DNA of 64,000 bases from Amphiscolops sp. MND2022 (Eukaryota). Below, piece after piece: positions 31,790-46,600 of the stretch. The position numbers and the translations under genes are program-made. Where the stretch lies: assembly GCA_964187785.1 (NCBI GenBank), contig OZ076412.1, forward strand, positions 38,750,001 to 38,814,000, given 5' to 3'. The stretch's first letter is position 1. Every line of letters starts with the position of its first letter. The notes under the pieces were generated by a model, which had not been told where the DNA came from, searched no databases, and saw nothing but the letters and a program-made list of their open reading frames with translations.

Positions 31790-34520
31790 ACGTCACGACA
31801 ACCTTCCCTCTTCAACCATTGCAGAGATAGACGATTCGTCAGTTTGACGGCGAGTAGATCGAGACCCTCCAAGGCTCAGCACGGAACTGCGTAGCAAAGC
31901 GAAGCTAATTTGCGTCCTGATGTATCCTATGGCGTCCGAGTAGCTGTCTTGTCCTTTTTCGCTGATCTTCAGGGCAAATCGGGACATTAGTTTCGAGGCT
32001 GAAGGACCTGCGCCTCCTGAACACGCGCAGACAAGATAATTGAATGAGCTGTTTTCCACATCAAGGATTCTCTGTTCGTACTTCAGTTTCAAATTCTCAT
32101 GATATTTATATGCTTCCTTTACTTCTTTGGGGCAGGACTTGTCCAGCGGATCAAAAATTTTGACGTCAAAATACTGTCTGCAGAATCGGGAATCCCAGAG
32201 TCCATTTGCTCTGATATCTAGACGAGCTTCATCGTCAGTGCAAGTTGATTTATGTTCGGCTCCACCTCAACGTCAAAACAAACCTCTTTCATTATCTTTG
32301 CGACGTATCACGTATTTCATCATGTCTCATGTGGGTGTAGCCTCCTTTTCCGCAGTGTAGGGAATGGACAACAGTGAAGGGTTCACCACATGGGCATTTG
32401 GCAGGTAAGTTCTTTGGCCCCCAACGGTAGCGCAGCGCGAGACCGTCCCGAATTCAGACTTCGTAAGAGTGAAACCATACCGTTTCAGTGGGAGGGCTGC
32501 TAGCCAGCTGGATGCACTTTTTTTTTAAACAAGTGTAGCTGCATGTCCTTGTTTGTACTTCAAGCGACTGCAGATCGTTTCTATCTTCGGGTGAAAGAAT
32601 GTTCATCCCACCTTTGCTGAGCAGTAGGGAGAAAAGAGACCGTTCTGTTACAGATGGCTGACCACGGCCGGTGATGTTGGGGATCAGTTTCGTCGTCAAG
32701 AGAGATTCGGTGTTTTGTAGTGTGTTTTCCATGTCAGGTGTTGTTCTTGACAGGAAAGTTTGTTTGTGTTGAAGACCTTTTGTAAATGCATGATACTTTC
32801 TGTGGTGACTTCTTCGCATGCGACGCAAGTTTTTTGACAATGTTCGCGTACTCGGTGAGTTTAGAGGACTGGAAAGTGTGACAGGCCTCTGACGATCCAA
32901 TAACGGACCCCAGTATGCGATGTCCTCCCACCAGTTCAACTTTTGCTTTGTCCAGGGAGGAATCTTTCGTGATGATGTGGCATTCAGTGATGTTGTATGA
33001 CGCGGGACCGTGGAGCTTCAACTTTCCGAAGAGATTTCGGAGCGATTCGATGCTCCCAGCTACATTGCCATCGTCAGCATACCATTTTCGAAGCACTCCT
33101 TCGTTCACGAGTTCCATTAACGGTAAAAGCGCAATGCCATACATGGACATAGCCAGAGGGTCGCCTTGAGTTGTTCCTTCTTGCGACAAGAGTTTTCCCA
33201 TTCACGTAAAGGTTTGAAGGTGTACCATACGAGTTTCGGAGCGCTGTTATGATGGATGGACAGTTTCCCTGAATATTTTTCAGTGCCAGATCCCTATTTA
33301 GACTATTGAACGCGTTTTTGGCGTCAATGAGGAGAAGCCCTTCTGTCTCTGGCAGCTCGAACATCTCGCGTAGACTGAATGGCGTGTTCGTTGCCACATT
33401 TTTGACCAAGGCAGAGTTGCCTATTCTGGTCCAAAAGCTAGAGGTCGTTTCCGATGCATCGAAGAATGTTCCTCCCGATTATGCGTCTGATGACTTCGCC
33501 CACTCTAATTGTTCTAACACCTGGGTTTTTGTCAAGCGGTATGAGACGACATGCGTTGTAGGGAGTTAGATCTTGCATTTGTTCTGTTGCGAGCTTCCGG
33601 GCAAATGCCACCAGAGTCTTCCAGAGGTTTGTGGAGGCTTGACCGAAATGTGAAAGCCACCTGCGCCAGTCGTTGGCGTCGACGCCGGATGGTCCGTGGC
33701 TACCTTGCGTTACCATGGCTGTTTTTCGGATTGTCGAGGTGTCGATTTTGTCGAAGATACTGTAATGGTGTTCGAGGGTGTGCTCATTTTCGTTAGTGAC
33801 GTAGCTGTCTTCTTATGTCATCGGTTTTGGGTGTTTCTCCTGAAGGATTTGCATAACGGTTTTTCCCACTTTTTCTTGCAGCGATAGGACGTTGCCTTTC
33901 TGAGACCCATCCAGACACCGCAATGCATTCGAGATTTTCCCGGATGACATTTGGATGTCAAAACTTTTCATTGCGTCAGGTTTCTGGGTTTTCCGCACCT
34001 TTGGGATACGTAGCTGCAGTGCCTTCGCTTCGTTGAATTCGCAGCTAAGCCATGCTTCCATTCGTCTCTGAATGGTTTTTCCGGTGGATGTTTCACGGTT
34101 CTTCGTACAGGCCAGAACTAGATGGGGCATTACCATCGCGTAGTAAAAAGCCACATTTGAGTTTCGCAATTCTTCGGCAACTTCGTTGAAGATAAAGCTG
34201 AGGCTTTCGATGGAACAGTGTCCAGCTTTGTTTTTGCTGAGAGTGACAAATTGGGGCTTCCAGTGGGCTACTTCAGAATAGTCGTTTTTGATAGTCAGTA
34301 TGTGTTGGTGTTGTTTTCGTCCAAAAGTCAGCGGGTGTGGGCGAAGTGACATTGCGGGAAGTGTCAGGGTCGTTTTGGTTTGTTTCTGCAGTTGAAAGTG
34401 GTTTGACTTGTGGTGTCGCTGCGGGCGATGTGTTGGTGTCATCTTGTGGGGCGGCGGCAGGATTGCAGGTTTGACAGATGAAGCCTGGGTAGTGGTCTCG
34501 TCCGGATGCCAGATCACTGC
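31790..34520 (-). pseudogene. Decayed non-LTR retrotransposon, CRE-like (RLE-type) clade
   Basis: Frameshifted fragments GSHGPSG, LIPLDKNPGVRTIRVGEVIRRII, LLLIDAKNAFNSLNR, GTTQGDPLAM and KWYADDG, plus C-terminal KLKYEQ...ACSGGAGPSA. Confidence 0.75.
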
Positions 34521-36281
34521 ATCCTATATGAAGCTAGTCGCACTTGTTGCACCATACACCTCCACCCCTCATATATGCCCGTTGCATTTACTAGAATGGC
34601 TTTGATCGGCCATGGAATTGAGGGAAGGTATATATATGATTCAATCACTTACATATGAATAAAATTACAACTAGAGTGAGAAATATGACAGTATGCGGGT
34701 GAAAATATGATTGCCAAAGATGGAAGAGTGAACTCCGTCACAGCAAAATATCTTCGTGTCAAAATCACGCTTGAAATTTGGGGGCAAATGGGTATATTCA
34801 GTGAGCCTGAAAGCTTGTATAGAGCGAAGTTCAACCAATAGATACGTCGGTTGGTGATTGAATCGTTAGCGGTTGCAATTGTCTTTGGGATTATGACCGT
34901 TGAAGGGTTGAATTTCCAGTAGATCAGCTGAATAATATATTTCCGATTTTCTACAAAAAGGGCCGGGGATTTTCGATGGTCGTCGAAGCCAGCTTTTACA
35001 GTAACAGTATTCAATTGCAGGTGCGGGTATCTTTCAATAATGTGGCTCATTTCACTCAGGTTCGCGCCTCTGTAGGAGTGTATTGCGGCGCCGACTTAGT
35101 TGGCTTTGATGTATTTGGTTCTAGAGGTTCCGATAACTAAATTTATCGTTCTTGGGTTTTCTTGGTTCGAATCGGCACATGATGCAAAAACAGGATTGAA
35201 GCAGTATCCGATGCGCATTTGAGAGAACAACTTCAATGTGAAAAGTGATGAAAATCTTTATTCTAAAATAACATAGGTGAAACTTCAAGTTCAATCAAGT
35301 TCAAAATGACAGAAACAGGAGATGTACAACCTGGTGGGGGTGCTTGGGGCGGTTAGTTGCAGGTTCCTCTCCTTCTTGTGCCTCGCCGCACCTTTAGTTT
35401 GGGATAAAAGCTTAAGAGCTGTCCAGGTTCTGCTCACCTACGGCTGGGATGGTGAGACTTTTCGACAGTAACCAAAATTTGTCCAGGCCCAGCGCGCATA
35501 ATGTGAATTAAATCAAGTTTGTGAGAAAGAAAGGGAAAGGCCTATTTAATACGTTTATCACAACAATTAAGCGATTTCAATGGTCGCGTACTGTGTTACT
35601 ATAGTGGGACAGGATCTTAGCAAACAGTTGCACAGTTATTGAGAAAGGGCTATTTTTCTGAATTCAGGGGTGTTCTATAAATTATGGGTAACAATAATTA
35701 TAATAAATGAAATGATTTATTTTTACACTCAAATGAATAAAAATTATTTTTGGACCTGGTAAAATGAAAATAAATATTCTTGAGATAATTAAAACTAAGA
35801 GCGTTTACTTCAACATATCGTCGTCAGTCAATTAATTTCGAAAATACAGTAATCTTGAGCAAATACCTTGGGCTACTGACTCAAAAGCTCGAGGAGTCCA
35901 TTAAAAAAAGCCCCGTCTCCGCGTTTTGGCCTGATTATGGATAGCTAATTCATTTCTTGTTGATATCCGTTTTTCGCTGAGAATAAAACGAAATATTTTA
36001 GCAAAAAAATGAAATTTTTTTCCACCCTGAAAATGAAATTTATTTTTAAGCAATAATATTCGAATAAAATGAATCCGAATTCGTGGCTCGGAAAAAAAGC
36101 TATACTAACACAAATTACAACTCACCCCAGATAATCCAATGGATTGTCGATAAAGACATATTTTCTATACGTTTTTTGCGTTTCGTAATTTTTCATTGAT
36201 TGCGAAAAAAAATAGTTTGAGGACGAAGTTACTGTCGAGGCTATTTGTTGGTTTCTCTTGATACGTTTCGGTAGAGCATGC

Positions 36282-36748
36282 TTTTAGTCGGCACATTTTA
36301 ATAGAAAATGAGCCCGACCATTACAGTGGCTAGTTTTTTTCGTCAGATAACTATGTATGCTCAGTGGACACTTTTTACAGAACTACTAAACTACTGGACC
36401 GGTAAGCGCAAACGTATCTAAGTGCGAAGAGCCCCCCTTTCATATATTCCATTTTAACGTAAGATACAAAACCGTACGAGACTATAAGTTCGCTGTTTGA
36501 TTTTTTTTTCGGCACTGTGTGACTTTTTCGAAATTTTTTGTCTCAAATTGGAGTTTCAAATTGTTATATCCGAAGTATTTTGCCTTTTACTGCGGAGGAG
36601 GCGTGGGATCAAAAATGGCTCGCATTTGTTTCAGCACACTATATCCGAACTTCTGAAGCGTTTTCCGAGCACGAATGGCACCCTCATGATTTTTTTGCGC
36701 TTTTTGAGCCTAAGATAGAGCGGCGACTTTAGACGTTCCCGTCTTGTT
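36282..36748. mobile_element. HINE-like repeat copy
   Basis: ttttagtcggcac...cccgacc hairpin end; gagcctaagatagagcggcgactttagacgttcccgtcttgtt at the other end. Confidence 0.6.
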
Positions 36749-36852
36749 AATCCATCTAGTATTCTCCGAGTACTGTATGCTACAATTTAGAATATTTTAT
36801 TTCGACATGCTGGTATACTATTTGGCGGAAAGTTTTCGACCAATTGAACACC

Positions 36853-37332
36853 TTTTTAGTCGGCGCTTTTCTTTAGAAAAGAGTCGACTATAGTCATGGC
36901 TTTTCGTCAGTGTTTTTTTAAGACCACCTGAACTGACCAAAATAGTTCTACGAAATATTAATGCACCAAATTGCACCATTTGGCCTAGCGAACTGAACCA
37001 AAAAGGTTTTTCCTGTTTTCCCGCGTAACACCATACCGGGCGAGACCAAAGGGTCCCCCTTTCAGTTTTTTTCGGCATTGTGAGACTTTTCCCGGAAAAA
37101 AAAATTTCCCCAAAGTGTCCCCCCTTCAATTTTTTGATGTTTTGCCACAAAATGGATGTTGAAAACCCCCAAAGGGTCCACCCTTTCAGTTTTTTTCGGC
37201 ATTGTGAGACTTTATTTCCAAAAAAATTTTCATAAAAGGGTCCACAACTCACCAATACTTTGACATATTGAAGTCCTTTTGCTATTTTTGAGCCTTAGAT
37301 ATGGCGCCGACTTGGGCCGGTCCCGGCTTGTT
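36853..37332. mobile_element. HINE-like repeat copy
   Basis: tttttagtcggcgcttttctttagaaaagagtcgact end; gagccttagatatggcgccgacttgggccggtcccggcttgtt at the other end. Confidence 0.65.
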
Positions 37333-37986
37333 TAAACAAAATGTAGCCATATCAGATGGTTTTGTTATTATTCATTTCTCAATTCTACAGGATAAACTTT
37401 TTTGGTGTTGGGAAAGAAAAGTTCTCTGAACTTGGGGTTTTCTGGAAACTTGGTTCCATTTTGGGTTGTGTTTTCAAATTCAGTTGGAGTGACAGTTCTT
37501 AATATAGTTTTTCTGTGCTACATGCCAAAATTATGGCTCTCCTTAGCAATTTTTAATGATTTCAATGTGAAGTCATCTTTTATCTCTTGTATTTTTACTC
37601 GGAATGCGTGCGAGATTCGAATTCTTTACGTGGAGAAAAGCATTATTTTCCTGTAAATATTAATGTTCCCTCTTTGACGCTAAGTTTGCTCCCAGCGTTT
37701 CGTACATTACTTGGTATTAAGAATGCCAAGTGATTTCCAAATACGTGCGTACAAGTTCTAAGTGCAGCGTCGAATTAACACGATTGGTTCGCTGTCTTTC
37801 CAAAATCACTCCCTAAGCACATCGATCTACCTGTACCTGTAGATGCATCTGCGTCATCAGTGCCAATCAGAATGCAGTTGCTTCAGTTCGTATTTGATAT
37901 GAACTATCTGAACATACACCACCTACTTGCTTCCATCTTTGGTATCTATATTCAAAAATTATACCAAGTTACCAGTCAAGTGAGTG

Positions 37987-38081
37987 TGACGTCACGCCTA
38001 GATTGTGCCCTGGATATACGCAGTCTGACGTCATTGCTTAGCATAAATTAGGTTGTGACGTCATGGAATGGTATGACGTCA
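37987..38081. promoter_or_regulatory. Cluster of four perfect TGACGTCA (CRE/bZIP) palindromes
   Basis: Sites at 37987, 38026, 38056 and 38074. Confidence 0.55.
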
Positions 38082-41000
38082 GTCACTGGGTGATAGAGTC
38101 GAGGATGAAAATTACTTTGAGAGCCAGTCAAGTCACGCATCATCGCTCGTTCACACTGTTGGCTCCAGTTTTCATCTGGATTGCAGAAATTTGGAAAAAG
38201 TAAGCCGGAGCAAGAATGAAGGCGGTCGATGCCAGGCATTGTTGGTCGCTTGGTCATAGTCACGTGTTGCACTTCTCAATTCACGCGTCAAATGACTGCC
38301 GCTTTACTTACCATCGAAGATGCTCTGGCCTAATAGCTGGGCTGTAGCCGTTCGTGGTACATAGTGCAACAGAAGAGCGTCAAGTTGGAAGAAAGTTGAG
38401 ATGAAATGCAGGCTAGGTTGGCTGTGCATGGCTGCAACATGCATGGCTTTGAATGTAGACTGTGATTGAGTGCTACACCTGATGGCTGCTGAGTTGACTC
38501 GTTGATTAGAATGGAATTATCAAGTGTGCCGTTATTCCTGCTGCTGCTGCCAAGGCTATTGTTCCATTTTGAACAGACCTACTTCCTCACAATTCCTTTG
38601 TCTGCGCTTCAACAGTTTCCTTAATATGCCATTTAATAATACCAACCCAAAACATTGTTAGTTTGTCCTGTTTGTTGCGTCCTGTTCCACATATATGTAC
38701 AAGCGAGGAGAGCGAAGATTGAGTGACACGCTTTTCAAAAAGCGCTCCATGGCTCCTCTGTGCGCACTCAAATAAATTGGCCTGTCATGTGATTTGACCA
38801 AAAATTTCCAGCTACGATCCCATTTGTGTTTCCTTCCTCCAATCTTGCATCCATCGCCTCATAAATCAAACCTTTCCACTCTTCTTACTTACTTCTCGTG
38901 CCTACCATCTATCTGCCCTCCGCTTTCGACCTATAAATGCCAATTCTAGCAGGGAAATGTAATATTTTCCGTTAATATATACATTTGATATTTCAGTAAA
39001 ACCTCGGTTTACCGCACCTCTTGAGGATGTCTCATGGATAACGTTTACCTTGTCTCGAATACTTGTTTGAGTTCTTGATTTTGATCGGTTTAGAAATCAA
39101 ATAACTGTATCACGAGAATTACGTTGTTGCGATAGTTCGTTATAGTGATTGTATGGTCCGACTCTACAATATTCATAACCTGCGATTCCAAAAATAGGCT
39201 GTCATATTGACCTATTTGTGAAAACTTTTCGCGTTCCTTTTTTTTCAAATAAAAAGCTCAAGGCCTTTCTGGGTTCTGTTGCAAAAACGAAGTGTAACTT
39301 TTGAATTCTATTTGGTACCATAAGTTTTCAGTTTTTTTTCATGCTAGCACCAATTCTTGCTGTTAAAACATAATGGGGCTATTATTTTCTGCGTCAATAT
39401 TTCATGCGCAAATGACCCCGGTTTGATTGGTTCATATCGTCGTCACGTGAATTGTTTCCTGCCTTCCCAATATGTCTGCTCATGTCTCGCTGAATTGAGT
39501 GACACCGTCACTCAGTATGGAAAAATAGCTAATCTCGCTTTTAAAAAATTGCGACACGCAAATGTGCTAAAAATTCCCATTTATTTCACAATTGATTGAT
39601 TTACTAGTTCGCACTTTTCCCTGCTTAATTTGAATAGGGAATGTAGTGTAGGCGTGGGAAGATTACTTACCTCGCCAATGTGCTTTCAGCATTTTCCTAT
39701 ACATTGTCAAATAACTGAAATAGTACATTATAATTTTATTCCATTCAACAAGAGGAAATAGGCCGTGCGAGAAATTTGTCTATACTTTATTGACTTATTG
39801 CGCTATATTTAGGCAAGAACAATCGAAACAACGAGTGACATTCTAAAACTTTCCAATTTGCCATTTTTGTGGCTTCTGAAAAGATGGTTCTCTTGGACTG
39901 ATAGGGTATATATTTTATACATTTTTTATAATACACGAATTGAGATGGAATCCAGTCAAGATTTAGCTGAGTCACTGGGAAGTAAGAGGGCAAGTTTAAC
40001 GTACAAAACGAGTTCATCCAATTTGTTCACCTCTTTATACACTAATCCAAGTACAAGTAGAGGGACATGGGGGGAAGGGACTCAAGTACAAATACCGGGA
40101 AGAGGAAAGAAGTTGAGAAATTACGTGTTTGTTTATGTCATCGGGTGCTTTGTTTAACCGTCTTTTCAACCGTCATCACATAATCTTGTTACCTCTGTCC
40201 TGTTTAGGAGTTCAATTAATGCAGCTAACTATGTTCGTTCGAATGCTTGATAATTTCGTGCATCATGATGTTCATGTATGTGCATATTACACCCCGAATG
40301 AATTGCGGCCGGTCAGTTGTTGAATACCACCGATTGTGCGAAATACAATGGCAGTGTATACACACGCATTAGATGTATACATACATTGCTATGTAGAATA
40401 TGGGCGCATCATTTAATCATCCGTTCTCTGCTTCCTTTTCCCTATTCTAGCGCCCCCGCCCCACCCCATCTCATCCTAAATCCATGCACCCACATACACG
40501 CGTGTCAACCTGATTCCTATTTCTCCTAGGCAACTCAGTATTATCATCTATCTTTGCTATTTTACAGTCGTGTCGTCCTATTACCCCGCAAAACACATCA
40601 ACCTTTTTCTTCACACTTTGACACTTTTATTTTCCCAGCTTCAACCCATTGCTTCCTCCTGTTTGATGAAACTACGCTCCTCAGTCGGGAAAGATAAATT
40701 ACTGTATTATATATTGTCGGTGGTCTTGTCACTTTTCACAAAATACAACCCCTCAACAAACAACGTCAAGTTCAACGTGGAGAAAAAAGAAATTCCCAAA
40801 TACAGAAGAACGTGTCAATAAATTGTACTCATTTGCAGTTTTCACTTACCAACTCAACTGAATTGATTCCAGGCGTGATTCCATTTGAAGCGAAAATGCT
40901 TTCAAATTTTGTGGCTGCCACGAAATCAACTTTTCCCGTCTGCTCTTTATCCCTAATTCAACTTGACAACCCGTATGCATTAGATTCGGAAGTTCGTCCT

Positions 41001-43609
41001 CTGGAACCAAGTTGCATCCCCTATCTTCGGTTTCTTGTGGAAGCAGCCTCGATAATTTAGAAGGAACCTAATGTTATTGTGCGTAATGGTACTAACAATC
41101 AGGTGAAAAGAACTACTTGCGTCATAATGTTACCTCGACAACCTCGCATTCGTTTCAATTTCACTTATCCTCTTACTTCGAGGAAATGTTTTCGTTTCCA
41201 CGTTTCATTTTCCAACTTAATGACAAACAGAGGAGCTGCCTCGGTTACTTCATGATTTGTATCTAATTCGGAAGTAGTCTCCGCTAGTTATTTCAACATT
41301 TTAAGCTTTTGAAGCATTAATGGAGCTTATTGTGCTCCTGCAAAATATCGAAATTTTTAAAAAATGCCTAATGAAAAATAATTTGGACACTGTCTTCTCT
41401 TAAATGACAGGGAAGTCTATTACACCAGTTTTGGTAGAATTTGGTGGCCTTATTTTCTGCCTTTTCTAACTAAGGCTTTTTTACCTATAGGTTGTGGTGA
41501 ATTTTTGACTTGAAAGCTTTGTAAAAGCAATTGGTGTCAACGACTCAAATATTCATTGATGTCGTTAAGCAAATCGATTAGTTTTGTATGTTTGAAGTAT
41601 GTTCAAACATAGTTCCGCCGCTTCTAATCCGCACGCCGATCACGCGATGTGATCAGTACAAGGGCCTTCTATTGAGGACGAGGTCTTTGCTCGGTGAATT
41701 ATCTGCTGGTAGCTGTGGGCAGTAGTCACCGTTTTATCATCCGATCGCTTACCAACCAACCAACCACGTACTTACCAGACATTGGTCACCGCCGGATTAT
41801 TATTTCTGTGTTGTTCAAAGCCGCCCTTGAAGTTATTTGGCCTACTGACCTATTAAATGAGCTTCTCGACAGCTGAACCACATCGCGACATTTCTCTTGT
41901 TCAAAGTTTGAAATAGGTTATTATAAATCAGGTCAATCTGAAATCTAACTGAGAAACCCAGTTTGATGTAACGCCATCAGTGTGTTCTCATTGCCCCGCA
42001 TTGACTGACTTCTTTATTGAGAACAAGTTTGGCATCAAATGACAATTTGATTCCGTTTCGGATTAATCGCTTCCAACGTTGCCCTAAATTCGGATAATCT
42101 TTGAACGAACGAGTTATTTGCCTTTTATGGCATCAAGCCTCATTTTAATTCGTTCGCCGCTTACTTTCTTTGATCCAATGAGTTCGAAGCGCACAGATTT
42201 TTGCTGTTCAACCGTATACTTGGTATTTAAATTATTTGTTTCCAAATCCTTCTGGTATTTCTTGTTGCATTTAGAGTTTGGAGTTTCTTGCTTTCGGAGA
42301 TCGGTTTCTATGCCAAAATGGAAACCTTTCTTTTGGTTTTGTTTGTGAAGGATTGTGTTCTCTGATGTTCTGCTTATCGGATTATTCGATAAATATTTCA
42401 AGCATTTTTTAAATGACACCGTTTTTGCAAAGACAATTTTTTCTTAGAAAAAATATCGATGAAATATTTTCGACACTTGAAATACGGTATCCAGTTTACA
42501 TGGCATGAACATGCCTTTCTTGGTCACCTCCAACACCAGCTACTCTGGTTAATTGTTTTTGCATTATTTACATTAACAAGCGATTGGAGAAATGTTCATC
42601 AAATTTGGATTATTCTTCTATGCCATTTTCCAGTATTGCTCTTTCAATTTGGATTTTTTGAAGTATTTTCATCGAGCTCTTTAGAGTTTTCGTAGTTCAA
42701 TTGAGTGCAAATTGAAGCATCTAAAAATCTGCCTCGTTCTGCTTTTCAACTATGTAGCTTGTTTTCTTCACTGGAAAGTGTTTAATTCATTATGATACAG
42801 CAAAACATTTCAATTTCTTTTGTAGCATCTCGTAGATTTTGTAATGTCTATTTTTAGATGGTGCCACGTTTGCGTTGTTCAATACAAAAACACTTGCGTC
42901 AAAAAACGTCTTTAAAATTAGAAATGTTGTCGTTAAAATATTGGCTATATATACAAGAAGTGCTGAAAAAATAACCAATGACCGTTCTTCGCTGATGATG
43001 GAATCCTGCCACCTCTGCGAACGCGAGACAGCGTCTTTTTACTAGCACCAAGTGCTTTGTATTGTAGTTGTTCAGCTAGGCTCGTTTGATGACAGAGCCG
43101 ATCCTGCTGCTTACTAATTGAAATTATCCGCGTAACAAGTTGAAAGACGGCTTCTAACAGTGCTTTCATTTCTATGGCCTAATTTCAACAAGGACTAGGC
43201 ACCATCGCTCTCTGCACGATACCTTATTACTTTTTATACAAACTTCAGAAACCAGCGTATGTTGCCAACACTTTTTTCGGTCGCTCGTTTCATTCAAGTT
43301 ACAAGTCTTACCAAGCTTGAAACAGCTCTTACCAAGTTTCTTGTCATGGTGTTACTTTTAGATCACGAATTGACGTCAAACATGACCTTTTTTGACTCAC
43401 CTTCAATCTTGTCTGAAACTAGTTTAATTGATCGTTTCATTGTGTTCTTAGTTTTGTCTTAACCAGTTGTATAACTGCTGTTTGTAACTTTTCGTTGTTA
43501 CATTTTAGAACATATTTGTTCTCTTGTCTCTAGTTTCAAATTGACTGGATTTTGACAATAACTATTCTATTGTTAACCTGTGTTTTTTTCTGCCTCAGAT
43601 ACAAATGAT

Positions 43610-46600
43610 ATGACTTCAATTTTGAGCAACATTGGTGTTAATTTTTCCAGAAAGTCCACCAAAAAAGCTGCAGCCACTGCCGCTAATCAACACCCGGTTA
43701 ATGGGGCCGCCAATTACAGTCCAGCTACCACCCCTCTTGGCTCTAGCCCTCCAATGGGAGGAGGCGTTAACACTTTTTTCACATCTCTCACCTCATCTAG
43801 AAACAACAATGCAAATAGCGGCAATGTGATCAACTCCAACTGCGCGACCTGTTCGCAAGGTTGCCACACCTCATCTAGCAAAGATGTAGCTTGTCCGGGC
43901 GCTAGTCCTGGCAGCAGCAGCACTCCCAAATTTCACATATCGTCCTTGCCATCCACCAAAATTGTAAGTAGTGGGGTTGCCAACGCCTCTTCTACCTGTG
44001 GCGGAGGCGGCGGCGGCATTGCTCGTTCTGCAGAGTCTTCGCCATGTGAAAGTGCCGACGAGATTTCTTGTTCCATTAGCAGTAATTTAGCCGCCGCCAG
44101 CAACACGACGAACAACGTGCCCTATCTCACGTGCTGTACTACACAAGAACGACGAGAACGCTACAAAGAGTGCAAGTCTATGGTGCAATTACCTCGTGGC
44201 TTCGACAAGTTAGAATGGCTCGCCTACCACGGTTCGTTACTTGTTGTGCTACTTTTTTAAACAAATGAAATGTTAGCTTTTAGACTGTTAACTCTTGGTT
44301 CATTGCCATTCATGCATACATTTTATAATGTTCAGTCTCAGATACTTGCACATCCTGTTCCTAATGTAAATCGCGGGAGCCCGTTTTTTGTAACTTGGCT
44401 GCGCCCTATCAGGTTATCAATTCCTAATTTTGTTAAGTCTGATGTTTTGTAGATAAATATTTCATTTCTTACTGTGGGTAATGCAACCTGGTGTAACTTT
44501 ACCCTACATGTAGAGTATCGCTTCAAATAGGAAACAGACAACCTTTTTTTAAATTACTCCTTGCTACAATTTGTCCCCTCTGTGCTGTCCTAATTTTTAA
44601 AATTGGATTTATTACTATTTTAGGTACACTACCTCTTGTAAATGATTTTTTAAAAATTTTTATTTAACAAGCGGAATCTAGTGTTTTTTTATACAGTAGT
44701 GTCACAGACCCGAATACATGTAAATATTAGGAAATACTCGCTGTTTCTCCATTATCTCAACTTTACATGTATGACAGGCGCGGCCAGAGCGGCTTGGGTA
44801 ATAGAATCATTTTGATAGTTTCGGAGTTCTCGCGTTACTTCTTGGGTTTCTTAGTGAAGTTGAATTATAAAGTTACAGATAAAGTTATAGTTTGTACAAT
44901 TTACAGGGAGAATTAAAGACATCGCGAAAAAATTTTGAGATGTGAAGGAGTGTTTCAGCATGTTAGTCTCTGGTGGCTGACGTCCTTTGTCTGAAGTAAA
45001 GAGTAGCCAGAGTAGTATTCGCGATTGCACTAGCCGCTGTTGTACCAGTGTGGGGTCTCGGTGGAATGCTTTTCTGCCCAGATGCTCAAATCGTCATCAA
45101 CCTGTTGCTTTGTGATTGGCTGGCGCCTTCTATTGATCCACATCTGCTGGGCTTGCTAAGACTTAGAATTATTGAATAAAGTACATGACAAATGTCATGA
45201 CAATTGCATTAATGTGCTATGAGAAACAATTGCTTTTAAAAAAATCTGATTTATTAGTTGGATACTGTGGATTCCCAAATAACATGAGAGCGAATAACAA
45301 AAACGAAATTAGTTTCAGTGAACATAAATTTTCTTCTTTCAGTGAAAACGAATAGGATTATCCCGTGCTCACCATTGCGCTTGTTCGATCAAATTATTAT
45401 AACGTTATTTTGACCACGATCGGAAAATTGCATTGTCCCGCTACATTTAGTGCCCTACGAGCCGGAGCGACGTGCCATTACTCGACTAGCGGCTGGTTTT
45501 GACGAAGGGGCCCCGGCAGGAGAAGGGCCTAGTTATGCAACCAGTTTTGCGGTGGAAATCAATTCATGTTAAATGTAACTGATTTCATTTTTTGCTCTTG
45601 TGCTATTTGGTACATTCTGAGGACATGCTATTTCGAGGACATTGAAATTGCATTAATTAATTCAAGTTCACAATTGTTGAGCATTAATGAAGTACCGTCG
45701 GTTCTGGATTAAATGGTAAAAGTTTTTCTAAGGGTAAACGTTTTTCTAAGTTTTGCAATTTCTCAATTATTGTAGTCTTGATTTGTTTAAATCCATTGGG
45801 TCTGAATTGGTTGTTTTTGGTGTCGAGTTTTTACCGCATCATATTGAGTTAATATCTTTGCGGGATTTAACCAACCAGGGACTTAGAGGAAGCCTTGATC
45901 AGAAGACCTTGAATTGCAGCGGCGCTTTTTCGTTGTTTTTGCAATGAGCTTGAGGGGTAGTTTCTCAGGGGACCCTTATGTCGAGGTTCCACGTGCAAAC
46001 ATGCACATGTGTAGGCGTAGTCTATCGTCTGCAACCAAAGTTGGGGTACATGCATCCTATGAATATTCATTTGACACTTCTATACCATCTCAAAAGTTTG
46101 TGCTCCTCTTTATTGCTACTTGTTTGCTTGAATGCACTGGCGCATTTCCAGCACCAACATGTGCGCTGAACTGAAATGTGCTGAAGACTTATCCTAACTT
46201 CCTTCCAAAATTCAGCCAGCCACGTTGTGCTTGGAAGCACGTAGCGTCCTCTCATTTCAAGCGTTGCTTTTTTCCATCGTGGAATTATTGTGACTTTTCA
46301 AATAAGTGTCTCCTCCACTTCCGAAACTATCTCCTTCCACAAAATGTTGACATTGCCTGCTATCGATTGAGGAAGCGACAAATGCTAGTGCTGATCTTTA
46401 ATCACGCCTGAAAATATAGAAGTCTACTCATAATTGCTGATGAGATTTAATTTGCCATCTGTGCCTCTGATAGTTTAGACTCGTTGGCTACTCAAGAAAT
46501 GGATAAATGGAGAAAATGGCAACGAAACAATTGACGTAATTTTTTTCAGTTGGTTCGTTTGAAATGGGTCCCTGTAATCAATGTGATTCACTTTCGTGTT

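Noticed and set aside
34649-35050. 133-aa minus-strand ORF
   Set aside because: No recognisable domain or splice context; possibly a retroelement fragment.
38300-38575. Minus-strand open frame of about 85 codons ending at a GTAAGT donor
   Set aside because: Preceded by a stop with no polypyrimidine acceptor, no homology recognised and no partner exon found.
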